DNA of 64,000 nt from Phycisphaeraceae bacterium (GCA_020849625.1 JADLFV010000123.1:10605-74604); one strand, 5' to 3'; positions 16,706 through 27,072 are shown, counted from the stretch's first letter. Notes: a model not told the origin generated them from the letters alone. Numbers and translations: made by a program.

Positions 16706-18793
16706 ATGATGCGATCCATTCAACGATTCGGCCTGGCCTTCGTGATGACTTTGGTCGCCCTGTCCGCCCCGGCGCAGGAGCAGATACCCGGCAGCGAGAT
16801 CACGATCCTGCGCTACAACAATCCTGGCCTGGTTGTGGACCTGGGTGTGGGCTTGTGGGGGGTGCCTCTGCCGATGGATTACGACGACGACGGCCAGGTG
16901 GACATTCTGGTGGGCTGGGGACGTCGCCCGCCGGGCATCAATCTGTACCAGCGCATTGGCGACGATGCCAATGGCATCAACTTCGATGCCGGCACGCTCG
17001 TCAGCGACTTCCCCAATTGCACGCAGACTTCGTTTACCAACGGCAAGTGGTACGTGCTCAGCCCCGGCAAACTCTACACGCAATTCGTCAGCAAGGGCAC
17101 GGAGAGTCACGTTACGTTGCCTTTCAAACCTGATTTCGAAGCGGGCAGTCGCTTCACCGTCTGGCGTTATTACGACTATGACGCCGACGGCACGCCCGAT
17201 CTGTTGATCGCAGCCAGTGCTGGTGATGGCGCGGATTATTACTGGGTGCACAACACCGGCAGTGCAGAGGAACCGCGCTTCGATGAGCCGGCCCAACGGA
17301 TCATGGCTGGTGACCAACCCATGCGCACCAGCAGTCAGGCTGGGCCGTGCTTCGCGGACTTCGACGGCGACGGCCTGGACGATCTGATCACCAGCGACGG
17401 GCTGGACAGCATGACCTTCTTCAGGAATGTGGGTGAACAGGGCAAGCCGGTCTTTGCATCAGGCACGCCGTTGTCCCGCGATGGCCAGGTCATCCGGATG
17501 GACCTGGAGATGATCTATCCCAGTAGCGCCGATTACGACGGTGATGGCGATATGGATCTGATCGTGGCGGAAGAGGATGGCCGCGTGTCTCTGCTGCGTA
17601 ACACCGGGCAGGTGGTCGATGATCAGCCGGTGTTCGATCTGCCTGTGTTCCTGAAGCAACAGGCAAATCAGTTGAAATTTGGCGTACTGCCCACGCCATG
17701 CGCTTATGACCTCGACGGCGACGGCGATGATGATCTGATCTGCGGCAACACGGCGGGATACATTGGCTTCATTGAAAACCTTGGTGGCTCACCGCCGCGC
17801 TGGGCTGAGCCAAAGTACCTTGAGGCTGACGGCCAGGTGATCCGCATTCTGGCGGGCGAGATCGGCTCGATCCAGGGGCCGGGCGAAGCCAAGTGGGGCT
17901 ACACCGTGGTCAGTGTGGCCGATTGGGATGGTGATGATGTTGCGGACCTGCTCGTCAATTCCGTGTGGGGCAAAGTGGTCTGGTATCGCAACACCGGCAC
18001 GCGCACCGCGCCGGCATTTGCCGCGGTACAGCCAGTCGAAGTGCAATGGGACGGCCCCACGCCGAAGCCCGCCTGTACGCCGTGGGATCCGGATGGCAAG
18101 GAGCTTGTCACGGAATGGCGCACCAGCGTGCAGGCCATCGACCTGACCGGCGACGGACTGTGCGATCTGGTGGGGCTCGATGTCGATGGTTATCTGGTGC
18201 TGTACGAGCGCAAACAAGTCAATGGCGATCGGGTGCTGCTGCCCGGCCAGCGCGTCTTCCACATGGTCAAAGATCAGAACAACGTGTACGACTACAACCA
18301 GAACCCGTTATTCCTCGATGAGAACAAGGACGGCATCAACGACTTTGCCGTGCTCGACGATCAGGGACAACTGGGCTTCCAGGGTTGGGCGCAAGTCAAC
18401 GGCAAGCGCGAAAACGTGATGATTGCCCGTGTCGATCGCAGCAACGATCCGCGCTACAAAGACGCCGCCAACCTCACCGCCCTTCGCCTGACCGCCGGTT
18501 GGGCCGGCCGCGGTGGTCGCCGCAAATTCATGCTGGCGGACTGGGATGGCGACGGCAAGCTCGATCTGCTGGTCAACAGCCTCAATATCAATTTCCTGCG
18601 CAACGAGGCGACCGAGCCCGGCAAGTTCGTGTTCCGCGACATGGGACAGATGGACCCACTGGTTCTGTCCGGCCACACCACCAGCCCCACGGTGATCGAC
18701 ATCAACGCTGACGGTGTCAAGGACCTGGTGCTGGGCGCCGAGGATGGACGTTTCTATTGCCTGCTGAATCCCAGCGGCAAGAAAGCGAACTGA
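16706..18793 (+). CDS. FG-GAP/VCBS repeat-containing secreted protein
   Basis: Signal peptide. At least 9 repeats of D-x-D-x-D-G-x-x-D-L type (DYDDDGQVDILVG, DFDGDGLDDLITS, DYDGDGDMDLIVAEEDGRVSLLRN, DLDGDGDDDLICG, DWDGDGKLDLLVNS, and others). Confidence 0.8.
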   Translation: MMRSIQRFGLAFVMTLVALSAPAQEQIPGSEITILRYNNPGLVVDLGVGLWGVPLPMDYDDDGQVDILVGWGRRPPGINLYQRIGDDANGINFDAGTLVSDFPNCTQTSFTNGKWYVLSPGKLYTQFVSKGTESHVTLPFKPDFEAGSRFTVWRYYDYDADGTPDLLIAASAGDGADYYWVHNTGSAEEPRFDEPAQRIMAGDQPMRTSSQAGPCFADFDGDGLDDLITSDGLDSMTFFRNVGEQGKPVFASGTPLSRDGQVIRMDLEMIYPSSADYDGDGDMDLIVAEEDGRVSLLRNTGQVVDDQPVFDLPVFLKQQANQLKFGVLPTPCAYDLDGDGDDDLICGNTAGYIGFIENLGGSPPRWAEPKYLEADGQVIRILAGEIGSIQGPGEAKWGYTVVSVADWDGDDVADLLVNSVWGKVVWYRNTGTRTAPAFAAVQPVEVQWDGPTPKPACTPWDPDGKELVTEWRTSVQAIDLTGDGLCDLVGLDVDGYLVLYERKQVNGDRVLLPGQRVFHMVKDQNNVYDYNQNPLFLDENKDGINDFAVLDDQGQLGFQGWAQVNGKRENVMIARVDRSNDPRYKDAANLTALRLTAGWAGRGGRRKFMLADWDGDGKLDLLVNSLNINFLRNEATEPGKFVFRDMGQMDPLVLSGHTTSPTVIDINADGVKDLVLGAEDGRFYCLLNPSGKKAN

Positions 18794-18794
18794 C

Positions 18795-19829
18795 GTGAAC
18801 TTCACCGCATACATCCTGATGACCGCTCTGGCGGCCGCGGCCCTGGCGGACAATCCAGCGGTGCTTTCGTCGCAGTTCATCTACGAGCAGGCGCCGTTCC
18901 CGCAGTGTCATGCTTCGACCATCGTCAGCACCGAAACGGGTCTGGTTGCAGCCTGGTTCGGCGGGACGAAGGAAAAAGACCCGGATGTGTGCATCTGGGT
19001 CTCGCGCAAGGCGCCCGACGCCGAGGCCTGGACCGAGCCGGTGAACGTCGCCGACGGCGTGCAGTACGTCGATGCTGATGGTGTCGAGCAGCGTTATCCG
19101 TGCTGGAACCCGGTGCTGTTTGCGCCCAAGCCGGGCGTGCTGCTGCTGTTCTACAAGGTGGGCCCTGATCCGCGCCAGTGGTGGGGCATGCAGATGTTGA
19201 GCAAGGATGGCGGAGCCACCTGGTCGCCGTCGCGTCGTCTGCCCGAGGGCATTCTGGGCCCGGTGAAGAACAAGCCGATCCTGTTGTCCAACGGCGCGAT
19301 GCTGTGCCCGACGAGCAAAGAGGACGACGGCTGGAAGGTGTACCTCGAGCGCAGCGGCGACATGGGTCGCACCTGGCATCGCGTGGGTCCGCTGGCCAGC
19401 GAGCAGCCGATCGAAGCGATTCAGCCGAGCATTTTGACGCACGCGGACGGGCGTCTGCAGATCATCTGCCGCACGAAGCAGGGCAAGCTGGCCGAGTCAT
19501 GGTCCAGCGATCAGGGCAAATCGTGGCAGCCGCTGCGCCTGATGGAATTGCCCAACCCCAACGCCGGCACCGACGCGGTGACGCTGGCCGACGGGCGGCA
19601 GTTGTTGGTGTATAACCCCCAGAGCAAGGGTCGTTCGCCGCTGGCGGTGGCGATCAGTGTTGATGGAGTTGACTGGAAACAGGTGCTCGTTCTGGAGGAC
19701 GAGCCGGACATGGAGTTTTCTTATCCTGCCGTGATACAAGACAGCCAGGGCAAGGTGCACGTGACTTACACCTGGAAACGGCAGCGCATCAGGCACGTAG
19801 TGATCGATCCGACGCTTTTGTCGCATTAG
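18795..19829 (+). CDS. BNR/sialidase-like (exo-alpha-sialidase fold) protein
   Basis: GTG start 1 nt after the upstream stop; signal peptide. PFPQCHASTIV, SKDGGATWS, SGDMGRTW, SSDQGKSW (BNR Asp-box-like motifs). Confidence 0.75.
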   Translation: MNFTAYILMTALAAAALADNPAVLSSQFIYEQAPFPQCHASTIVSTETGLVAAWFGGTKEKDPDVCIWVSRKAPDAEAWTEPVNVADGVQYVDADGVEQRYPCWNPVLFAPKPGVLLLFYKVGPDPRQWWGMQMLSKDGGATWSPSRRLPEGILGPVKNKPILLSNGAMLCPTSKEDDGWKVYLERSGDMGRTWHRVGPLASEQPIEAIQPSILTHADGRLQIICRTKQGKLAESWSSDQGKSWQPLRLMELPNPNAGTDAVTLADGRQLLVYNPQSKGRSPLAVAISVDGVDWKQVLVLEDEPDMEFSYPAVIQDSQGKVHVTYTWKRQRIRHVVIDPTLLSH

Positions 19830-19842
19830 GAGACGCAGTGAT

Positions 19843-20790
19843 ATGACGCAGTCCAACAAACCATTACGAGGCATTATTCCCCCCATGGCCACGCCCATGT
19901 CAACGCCTGACACGCTCGACGTGGAGGGCCTCAATCGTCTGATCGAGCACCTGATCGGCGGCGGTGTCAACGGCATCTTTGTGCTGGGCACCACCGGCGA
20001 AGCGCCCAGCCACAGCTACGAGCTGCGCCAGCAACTGCTGGAAAAAGCCTGCGAGTTCGTCAACGGCCGCGTGCCCATCCTCGTCGGCATCACCGACACC
20101 AGCGCCGTCGAAGCGGTCAACTTCGCCAAACTCGCCAAGAACGCCGGGGCCTATGGCCTGGTCTGTGCGCCGCCGTTCTATTTCCGTCCCACACAGAGCG
20201 AACTGCTCGAATTCATGCTGCACCTGGCCGACAACGTCCCGCTGCCGCTGTACGTGTACAACATGCCCAGCCTGACCAACGTCGCCTTCGCGGTGGACAC
20301 CACGCTCAAGGCCCTGGAGCATCCCAACATCCACGGCGTCAAGGACAGCGGCGGCAACATGGTTTATTTCCATGCCCTGCGCCAGGCCCTCAAGGGTCGC
20401 AAGGACAAGTCCCTGTTCATCGGCCCCGAGGAAATGCTGGCCGAGGCCCTGCTGCTGGGTGCTGACGGCGGCGTCCCCGGCGGCGGCAACGCCTGCCCCG
20501 GCCTTTATGCTGAACTGTTCAAGACCGCCACGGCCGGCGATCTGAAAAAGACCGTCGAACTGCAGGCCAACATCATGGCCCTCAGCAAGGCCATCTACAG
20601 TTGCGGTGAGTACGGCTCAAGCTTCCTCAAGGGCGTCAAGTGCGTGCTGGAAGAGTTGGGCGTCTGCAAGGCCCTGCCTGCCGCGCCGCTCAAGCCCGTG
20701 TCCGACGCCGAGCGCCGCCGCATCAGTGATGCCTTCGCCAAGCTCAATTTTCCCCCCGCCTGGACCGGTGCGGCCGTGGCAGCCAAGTGA
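19843..20790 (+). CDS. Dihydrodipicolinate synthase family protein (N-acetylneuraminate lyase-like)
   Basis: GIFVLGTTGE, YNMP, Schiff-base Lys context HGVKDSGG. Confidence 0.85.
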   Translation: MTQSNKPLRGIIPPMATPMSTPDTLDVEGLNRLIEHLIGGGVNGIFVLGTTGEAPSHSYELRQQLLEKACEFVNGRVPILVGITDTSAVEAVNFAKLAKNAGAYGLVCAPPFYFRPTQSELLEFMLHLADNVPLPLYVYNMPSLTNVAFAVDTTLKALEHPNIHGVKDSGGNMVYFHALRQALKGRKDKSLFIGPEEMLAEALLLGADGGVPGGGNACPGLYAELFKTATAGDLKKTVELQANIMALSKAIYSCGEYGSSFLKGVKCVLEELGVCKALPAAPLKPVSDAERRRISDAFAKLNFPPAWTGAAVAAK

Positions 20791-20873
20791 TCGCGGATTC
20801 GTCACGTTGACTGCGTTACCATCGCCCTGCCGCGGCCATCGCGGTGGGGCGTTTTCACACAAGGGGATCGCAC

Positions 20874-22379
20874 ATGAATCGTCGCCAACTGCTCGCTCGT
20901 TCGCTGCTCAGCGGCGCTGCCGTCGCTTTGCCGCACTCCGCCGGCGCCTGGGCCGCCGAAGCTGCGCCGCCCGCCCGGCCCAACATCCTGCTGATCTTCA
21001 TCGATGACCTGGGCTATGCTGACACCGGCTGCTACGGCTCGCCGATCCCCGAAACGCCCAACATCGACCGCCTGGCCACGCAGGGCATGCGCTTCACCAG
21101 CGGGTACGCATCCGCACCGATCTGCTCAGCTTCGCGGGCGGCCCTCTTGACCGGACGCAGTTGCGCTCGACTCGGCTTCGAGTTCGTCACCGATTACGAG
21201 GATAAGAACCCCACATTCGACCAATGGGCGGACCAGTACAAGCAATATCCCCTTGTGCCCCCCATGAAGGCCAAGAACCTGCCCTTCTACGAGCGCACCA
21301 TCGCCGAGCAGCTCAACGATGCAGGCTACATGACCGGCATGACCGGCAAGTGGCACGTGGCGGCCCATCATCTCAAGTACAACGGCTGGAGCCTCACCCA
21401 CGGTCCCGCCCAGCAGGGCTTCCAGTGGACCAACGACACCGAGGGCGCCTGGTTCGTTCCCAAAGAGGAACGCGGCAAATATGGCCCCTACAAACAAGGT
21501 GAATTCCCCGAGGACGAACTGACGCAGGGCGCGATCGGCTTTCTCAAACAGCCGCACGACAAACCCTTCTTTCTCTACGTCAGCCATTACTACGTCCACG
21601 ATCCCCTGGCCACCCGCTGCCAATGGCTGCTCGACAAGTACCGGGAGAAAGGCTTCCCCGACATCAGCGAAGACCGCGTCAAATACGCCGCCGAGATCGA
21701 GCAGATGGATCACTACGTCGGCCAGTTGCTCAAAGCGCTCGATGAAGCGGGACTGGCGGACAACACGCTGGTGATCTTCACTTCCGACAACGGCGGGCAG
21801 CCCGATCACGCCTGGAACCGTCCGCTCCGCGGCAGTAAGTGGAACCTCTACGAAGGCGGTGTGCGCGAGCCATTGATTGCCCGCTGGCCCGGCGTTATCG
21901 AAGCCGGCTCGACCTGCGATGTGCCTGTGGTCAGCACCGACTTCCTGCCCACCTTCATGGAACTGGCCGGCCGCCAGCCCGATGCCGACCGCGAATACGA
22001 CGGCGCATCCATTCTGCCTCTGCTCAAGGGAGAGCCGACGCCGGACAACCTGATCGACCGTCCGCTGATCTGGCACTTCCCGTACTACCACCGCCGACCC
22101 TCGACCGATCCTTCGCTTCCCATCGGCATTGAGGATCAGTACATCCCGCTGACGCATCCCCAGTCGTCAATCCGCAAGGGTCGCTACAAGCTGCTTTATT
22201 TCTACGAGGATCAGAGCGTCGAGCTGTACGACCTGGAGACCGACATTTCCGAGCAGCATGACCTGAACAAGGAAAAACCCGAGGTGGCAAGCGAGTTGCG
22301 TAACGAACTGCTGACTTACCTCGAACACGTTCACGCCCGCTTCCCCACACCCAAACCGCAACCGGTGACACAACCATGA
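20874..22379 (+). CDS. Sulfatase (Tat-like signal)
   Basis: MNRRQLLARSLLSGAAVAL signal, PNILLIFIDDLGY, variant FGly motif CSASRAAL, TSDNGG. Confidence 0.85.
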   Translation: MNRRQLLARSLLSGAAVALPHSAGAWAAEAAPPARPNILLIFIDDLGYADTGCYGSPIPETPNIDRLATQGMRFTSGYASAPICSASRAALLTGRSCARLGFEFVTDYEDKNPTFDQWADQYKQYPLVPPMKAKNLPFYERTIAEQLNDAGYMTGMTGKWHVAAHHLKYNGWSLTHGPAQQGFQWTNDTEGAWFVPKEERGKYGPYKQGEFPEDELTQGAIGFLKQPHDKPFFLYVSHYYVHDPLATRCQWLLDKYREKGFPDISEDRVKYAAEIEQMDHYVGQLLKALDEAGLADNTLVIFTSDNGGQPDHAWNRPLRGSKWNLYEGGVREPLIARWPGVIEAGSTCDVPVVSTDFLPTFMELAGRQPDADREYDGASILPLLKGEPTPDNLIDRPLIWHFPYYHRRPSTDPSLPIGIEDQYIPLTHPQSSIRKGRYKLLYFYEDQSVELYDLETDISEQHDLNKEKPEVASELRNELLTYLEHVHARFPTPKPQPVTQP

Positions 22380-23911
22380 ACAATCACCATCGATTCAACG
22401 TCATCACGTTAGCTGTGCTGTTGTTCGTTAGCATATCGAGCGCCGCCGCAGCCCAGTCGTTACGGATCGCTTCCATCTTCGGTTCGCACATGGTGCTGCA
22501 GGCCGAGCAACCACAGACGATCTGGGGCTGGGCTGCTCCGGGCGCTCGCGTCACCGTCAGCGTCGCGGGGCAGAATGTTTCAGCCGTCGCCGACAAGACC
22601 GGCCGCTGGCAGGTCAAGCTTGCGCCGTTGCCTGCAAACAAACAGGCTTTGACGATGACGGTCAGTGACGCGGCCCAGTCGCTCACCCTTGAGGACATTT
22701 TTGTCGGCGAGCTCTGGCTGTGCGGCGGACAATCGAATATGTCCTGGGGATTGAAGACGGCCGGCGATGCGGAAAACGAAATCGCCAATGCCGACCATCC
22801 CATGATTCGCCTGTTCATCGTCACCGAGCGCTACAGCGACGACGGCCCACAGCCCGACGTTGAGGGCGAATGGATGCTCTGCACTCCGGAGAATGTGCCG
22901 AACTTTTCAGCCGTGGCTTATTTCTTCGGCCGCGATCTGCAGCGGGCGCTGGATTGCCCGGTGGGCCTGATCGTCTCGGCTCGTGGCGGATCGGCGGCCG
23001 AGGCGTGGGTGCGCCCTCAGGCCCTGCAAGGCGATCCGGATCTGTCCGGGTTACTGCAGAAGCGTGACGAATGGTTCGCGCAATACCCCGATATCCTGGC
23101 GGACTATGAACAGCAGGTGGAACAGGCCAAGCAGCAGGGCGACCAGGCCCCGCGCCCGCCGCGCGAGTTGAATCGCTTCTCCTACGCCACCGAGTCCTAC
23201 AACGCCATGATCGCGCCCCTGCCGCCGCTGGCGATTGCCGGCGTCATCTGGTACCAGGGCGAGCACAACGAGACGCGCGCTTATCAATATCGCAAACTGT
23301 TTCCCGTGGTGATCAACGACTGGCGCGCTCAGTGGCAGCGCCCAGACCTGCCGTTCCTGTTCGTGCAACTGCCCAACTTCCGTGACCACCTGGAAGAGCC
23401 GGCCGACGCCACCCGCGCCGAGTTGCGCGAGGCCCAGGCCATGGCCCTGAAGCTGCCGCACACCGCCATGGTGGTGACCATCGACGTCGGCGAAGCCAAA
23501 AACAACCACCCCAAAAACAAGCAGGCCATCGGCCATCGCCTGACCCTGGCCGCCCTGGGCACGGTTTACGGCAAAGACATTGCTTACCAGAGCCCGATGG
23601 TGCGCGACGTGCAATTCAACGGCCCCCAGGTGCGCGTGACGTTCGAGCATGCAGCCGGCGGCCTGGTCAACACAGCCGAAGGTCCGTTGCAGGGTTTCGC
23701 CGTCGCCGGTGAGGATCGCGTCTTCCACTGGGCAGAGGCAAGCATCGACGGCGACAGCGTGATCTTGCAAAGCAAGGACGTGCCCAGACCCGTGGCGGTG
23801 CGCTACGCCTGGGCGGACAACCCGGCCGCGACGCTGGCCAACGGTGCGGGACTGCCGACCGCGCCCTTCCGTAGTGATGACTGGCCGGGCCTGACTATCG
23901 ACGCCCGATGA
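22376..23911 (+). CDS. Sialate O-acetylesterase family protein
   Basis: ATGA overlap with the upstream stop; signal peptide. SGNH-type GGQSNMSWG motif; YQGEHN. Confidence 0.8.
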   Translation: MNNHHRFNVITLAVLLFVSISSAAAAQSLRIASIFGSHMVLQAEQPQTIWGWAAPGARVTVSVAGQNVSAVADKTGRWQVKLAPLPANKQALTMTVSDAAQSLTLEDIFVGELWLCGGQSNMSWGLKTAGDAENEIANADHPMIRLFIVTERYSDDGPQPDVEGEWMLCTPENVPNFSAVAYFFGRDLQRALDCPVGLIVSARGGSAAEAWVRPQALQGDPDLSGLLQKRDEWFAQYPDILADYEQQVEQAKQQGDQAPRPPRELNRFSYATESYNAMIAPLPPLAIAGVIWYQGEHNETRAYQYRKLFPVVINDWRAQWQRPDLPFLFVQLPNFRDHLEEPADATRAELREAQAMALKLPHTAMVVTIDVGEAKNNHPKNKQAIGHRLTLAALGTVYGKDIAYQSPMVRDVQFNGPQVRVTFEHAAGGLVNTAEGPLQGFAVAGEDRVFHWAEASIDGDSVILQSKDVPRPVAVRYAWADNPAATLANGAGLPTAPFRSDDWPGLTIDAR

Positions 23912-23988
23912 TTCGGTCCGCTCGTGACCGATTTGGCGCAGCAACTTGTCCCACCGCATGATTCAGCGCGGGGTTATACTCCACGATC

Positions 23989-24804
23989 ATGGACCTGTCG
24001 CGCTGCGCCATCCACAGCATCACGCACAAGCCCTGGACGCTGGCCCAGTGCTGCAACAAGTTCGCGGCCGCGGGCGTGGCGGGCATCAGCGTGTGGCACA
24101 ACGTGCTGAAACCGATCAGCCTCGATGAAGCGGCGAAAATCGTACGCGGCAGTGGATTGCAGGTACCCGCCCTGGTGCGTGGCGGGTTCTTCGTCTCCAG
24201 CGAGCCAGACAAACGCCGGGCTGCCATCGATGAAAACAAAGCCTGCATCGATGAGGCAGCCGCCCTCGGCGCGGGGATGGTGGTGCTGGTCGTCGGCGCT
24301 CAGCCGGGGTTGCCGTTGGCCGATGCGCGACAGCAGGTGTGCGATGGCATTGCTGCGTGCCTGGATCACGCCCGGGCCTGCAAAGTCAAGCTCGCCATCG
24401 AGCCGTTGCATCCGATCTACGCGGCAGACCGCTCCTGCATCAACCGCATGGCGGAGGCACGCGCCGTCTGCGAGCAGTTACAGCACCCCATGCTGGGTAT
24501 CGCCCTGGATGTCTATCACGTCTGGTGGGACCCGGACCTGGAACACGAGATCGAGCTGGCCGGTGAGCAGGGCACGCTGCTGGCCCTGCACGTGAGCGAC
24601 TGGCGGCAGGTTCTGCGCGACCCGCTCAACGATCGCGGCCTGATGGGTGACGGCTGCATCGATATCCGCGGCATTCGTCGTCTGGTAGAAAAAGCCAACT
24701 TTCGGGGGCTGATCGAAGTCGAAGTCTTCAGCGATCAATACTGGGCCATGAACCAGGATGAATATCTCAAGCTCGTCTGCCGGCGCTTCGCCGATTGCGT
24801 GTAA
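23989..24804 (+). CDS. Sugar phosphate isomerase/epimerase (xylose isomerase-like TIM barrel)
   Basis: 271 aa; LAIEPLHP and LHVSDW motifs typical of the AP_endonuc_2 / TIM-barrel family. Confidence 0.7.
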   Translation: MDLSRCAIHSITHKPWTLAQCCNKFAAAGVAGISVWHNVLKPISLDEAAKIVRGSGLQVPALVRGGFFVSSEPDKRRAAIDENKACIDEAAALGAGMVVLVVGAQPGLPLADARQQVCDGIAACLDHARACKVKLAIEPLHPIYAADRSCINRMAEARAVCEQLQHPMLGIALDVYHVWWDPDLEHEIELAGEQGTLLALHVSDWRQVLRDPLNDRGLMGDGCIDIRGIRRLVEKANFRGLIEVEVFSDQYWAMNQDEYLKLVCRRFADCV

Positions 24805-24813
24805 AGTGTTTCC

Positions 24814-25839
24814 ATGAGCCAGCAAAATCAGCCAGCCCCGCGCCTCGGTTTCATCGGCGGTTTCGGTCATCATTACCTGGCCCAGGCCATTGGCAAAGGT
24901 GAGATCATTGCCGCCGGTTGCGCCATCGCCGGTGACGGCCGCGACGCTGACGCCGCCCGCCAGCGCCTGGGACAAATGCTGCCCGATGCCACGTGGTTCG
25001 ACGGTCCGATCGACATGCTCGATCGCTTCCAGCCGCAGGTCGTCAGCATGGGCGGCATCTACGCCCACAACGCCAGGCTGAGCATCGAAGCGCTCAACCG
25101 CGGCATCGGCGTGGTCAGTGACAAGCCCGTGGCCGCGACGTGGGACGATCATCGCGCCCTGTGCAGCGCGGCCGAGGGGCGGAAGCTGATTACCGAGTTC
25201 GATTTCCGTGGTCGAAGCGGCTTCCGCGCCGCACGCCAGGCATATCAACAGGGTCGCATTGGTGACGTGGTGTTGATCAACGCCCAGAAGAGCTATCGCT
25301 TCGGCAACCAGCGCCCCGACTTTTATCGCCGCCGCGCCGACTACGGCTCAACCTTGCTGTGGGTCGCCTCGCACGCCATCGACGCCATCGCTTTTGTCAC
25401 CGGCCAGACCTTCACCGCCGTGGCTGCTCATCACGGCAACGTCGCCCGCCGTGACTATTTGACCATGGAGGATCACTGCGCCGCGATGTTCACTTTGGGC
25501 AACGGCTCAACCGCCGTGGTACACGCCGACTTTCACCAGCCGCAGGCCTCCGCTTCGCACGGCGACGACCGCCTGCGCGTGGTGGGCAGCAAGGGTATCC
25601 TGGAAGTCCGCGATGAGCGTTGTCTGCTGACCACGCACAATCAGGCCACGATCGACATCACCGACGAGGTTACCCCAGTCAGCGGTGGGGCGTTGATGCT
25701 GGATGCTGCGTTGCACGGTGAGAACGACGCGTTCGGCACGAAGGCGACACTGGCGATATCGAAAGTGCTGCTGCACGCCCGTGATGCGGCTGACAGCGGC
25801 AAGTGGGTGCGGATCGGTTCTGACAAAAGTGAAAAGTGA
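24814..25839 (+). CDS. Gfo/Idh/MocA family oxidoreductase
   Basis: N-terminal Rossmann RLGFIGGFGHHY, family-like length and C-terminal alpha/beta domain. Confidence 0.75.
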   Translation: MSQQNQPAPRLGFIGGFGHHYLAQAIGKGEIIAAGCAIAGDGRDADAARQRLGQMLPDATWFDGPIDMLDRFQPQVVSMGGIYAHNARLSIEALNRGIGVVSDKPVAATWDDHRALCSAAEGRKLITEFDFRGRSGFRAARQAYQQGRIGDVVLINAQKSYRFGNQRPDFYRRRADYGSTLLWVASHAIDAIAFVTGQTFTAVAAHHGNVARRDYLTMEDHCAAMFTLGNGSTAVVHADFHQPQASASHGDDRLRVVGSKGILEVRDERCLLTTHNQATIDITDEVTPVSGGALMLDAALHGENDAFGTKATLAISKVLLHARDAADSGKWVRIGSDKSEK

Positions 25840-25857
25840 AAAACGAAAAGTGAAAAC
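25825..25857. repeat. Tandem GAAAAGT-unit array (solo arm)
   Basis: AAAGTGAAAAGTGAAAAACGAAAAGTGAAAAC overlaps the stop codon at 25837-25839; no complementary arm nearby. Confidence 0.6.
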
Positions 25858-25883
25858 ACCTATTCTCTTTCCATCATCCCGTT

Positions 25884-25910
25884 GATCCTGTCCATCCTGT
25901 TATCCTGTCC
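25884..25910. repeat. Tandem ATCCTGT(C/T)-unit array (solo arm)
   Basis: GATCCTGTCCATCCTGTTATCCTGTCC; not complementary to 25825-25857. Confidence 0.55.
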
Positions 25911-25923
25911 AGGCCGAACGTGA

Positions 25924-27072
25924 TCAGACGCCCGGCCAGCCGGGGAAAACGAATTTGCCGTCGCGCTGGATGACTTGGCCATCGACGGTGATCGTGCCGC
26001 CGCCCCCGGAAGTTGATCTCATATCGCAGACCATGTCCCAGTGCAGGCCGGAGCTGTTGCTGTTGCCGGTTTCGGGATAGCCGGCCCCGACGGCGGCGTG
26101 GAAGGTGCCGCCGATCTTCTCGTCGAACAGCGTGTTTTTGCTGTAGTTGGTGATCTGGTAGTTGGTGCCGATGGCGATCTCGCCCATGAAGCGGGCCCCG
26201 GCATCCTGATCCAGCATGTTCAACAGGAACTCGAGGTTCTTGGAGGCCTTGGCGTCAACCACTTTGCCCTTTTCAAAGGTGAACACGATGTCGTGCACCT
26301 CGCGGCCGTGATGGACGGCCGGGAACGAGTAATGCACGATGCCGTTGACCCCGCCATCTTTTGCTTTGAGATTGGGCCCGGTGAAGACTTCGCCGTCGGG
26401 GAAGTTTTCGTGCCCGCAGCAGTTGATCCAGGTCATGCCCTCGACATTGACGTGCAGATCGGTGCCCCCGGAAGTCTGAAAGTGCACGTGCTTTTTGCCG
26501 TTCAGATAGTCCACAACTTTCTGCTGTGATGCTTCGATCTTGCGCCACTCGGCGATGGGATCATCTTTGTTGAGGTGGCCGGCGTTGAAGACAAAGTCCT
26601 CGTATTCGGCCAGGCTCATCTCCGCGTCCTGGGCCGAGGCATAAGTGGGATAGAGCGTGCCGGTCCAGCGTAGCGATTTGCTGGCGGCGCGATTCATGAA
26701 GATCTCCATGATCGGCTTGCGGGCGGCGGAGGCCAGCTTCTGCTTGCGGGGATCGACCTGGCTGAGGCTCTTGGTGTTGGTGTCCGCCCACAGGCCGATG
26801 GAGGCGTCGATCTTTTCGATCTCGAACTTGGCCAGGGGACTGACATACTGCAACTGCTCATCGTTGGCCGCGGCGAAGAAGATGTCCTGGGCGTTGTCCG
26901 GGGTGCATTTGATAAAGGGGTGTCCCCCCGCCCGCAGCACCGCCTCGTACAGGGCCTCCAGTAGTGGGGTGCCCACCACCGGGCCGGCCAGCCGCACCAA
27001 CTGTCCCGGCTTGATGCCCACCGAATATTCCACCAGCACCCGGGCCAACTTATCCAGTCTCTGATCGCGCAA
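25924..27072 (-). CDS. Aminopeptidase, peptidase family M29 (AmpS-like)
   Basis: Probable TTG start at 27072, preceded by AAGGAG (27080-27085 on the plus strand) with 7-nt spacing. This gives (M)RDQRLDKLARVLVEYSV, typical of M29 N-termini. The maximal ORF extends to 27123. Confidence 0.8.
   Translation of the reverse strand: MRDQRLDKLARVLVEYSVGIKPGQLVRLAGPVVGTPLLEALYEAVLRAGGHPFIKCTPDNAQDIFFAAANDEQLQYVSPLAKFEIEKIDASIGLWADTNTKSLSQVDPRKQKLASAARKPIMEIFMNRAASKSLRWTGTLYPTYASAQDAEMSLAEYEDFVFNAGHLNKDDPIAEWRKIEASQQKVVDYLNGKKHVHFQTSGGTDLHVNVEGMTWINCCGHENFPDGEVFTGPNLKAKDGGVNGIVHYSFPAVHHGREVHDIVFTFEKGKVVDAKASKNLEFLLNMLDQDAGARFMGEIAIGTNYQITNYSKNTLFDEKIGGTFHAAVGAGYPETGNSNSSGLHWDMVCDMRSTSGGGGTITVDGQVIQRDGKFVFPGWPGV

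Noticed and set aside
20844-20873. Upstream ATG (20844) as the start of the second sulfatase.
   Set aside because: ATG 20874 is preceded by an AAGGGGA SD-like sequence and yields a proper MNRRQLL Tat-type signal. The upstream 10 codons add only MGRFHTRGSH.
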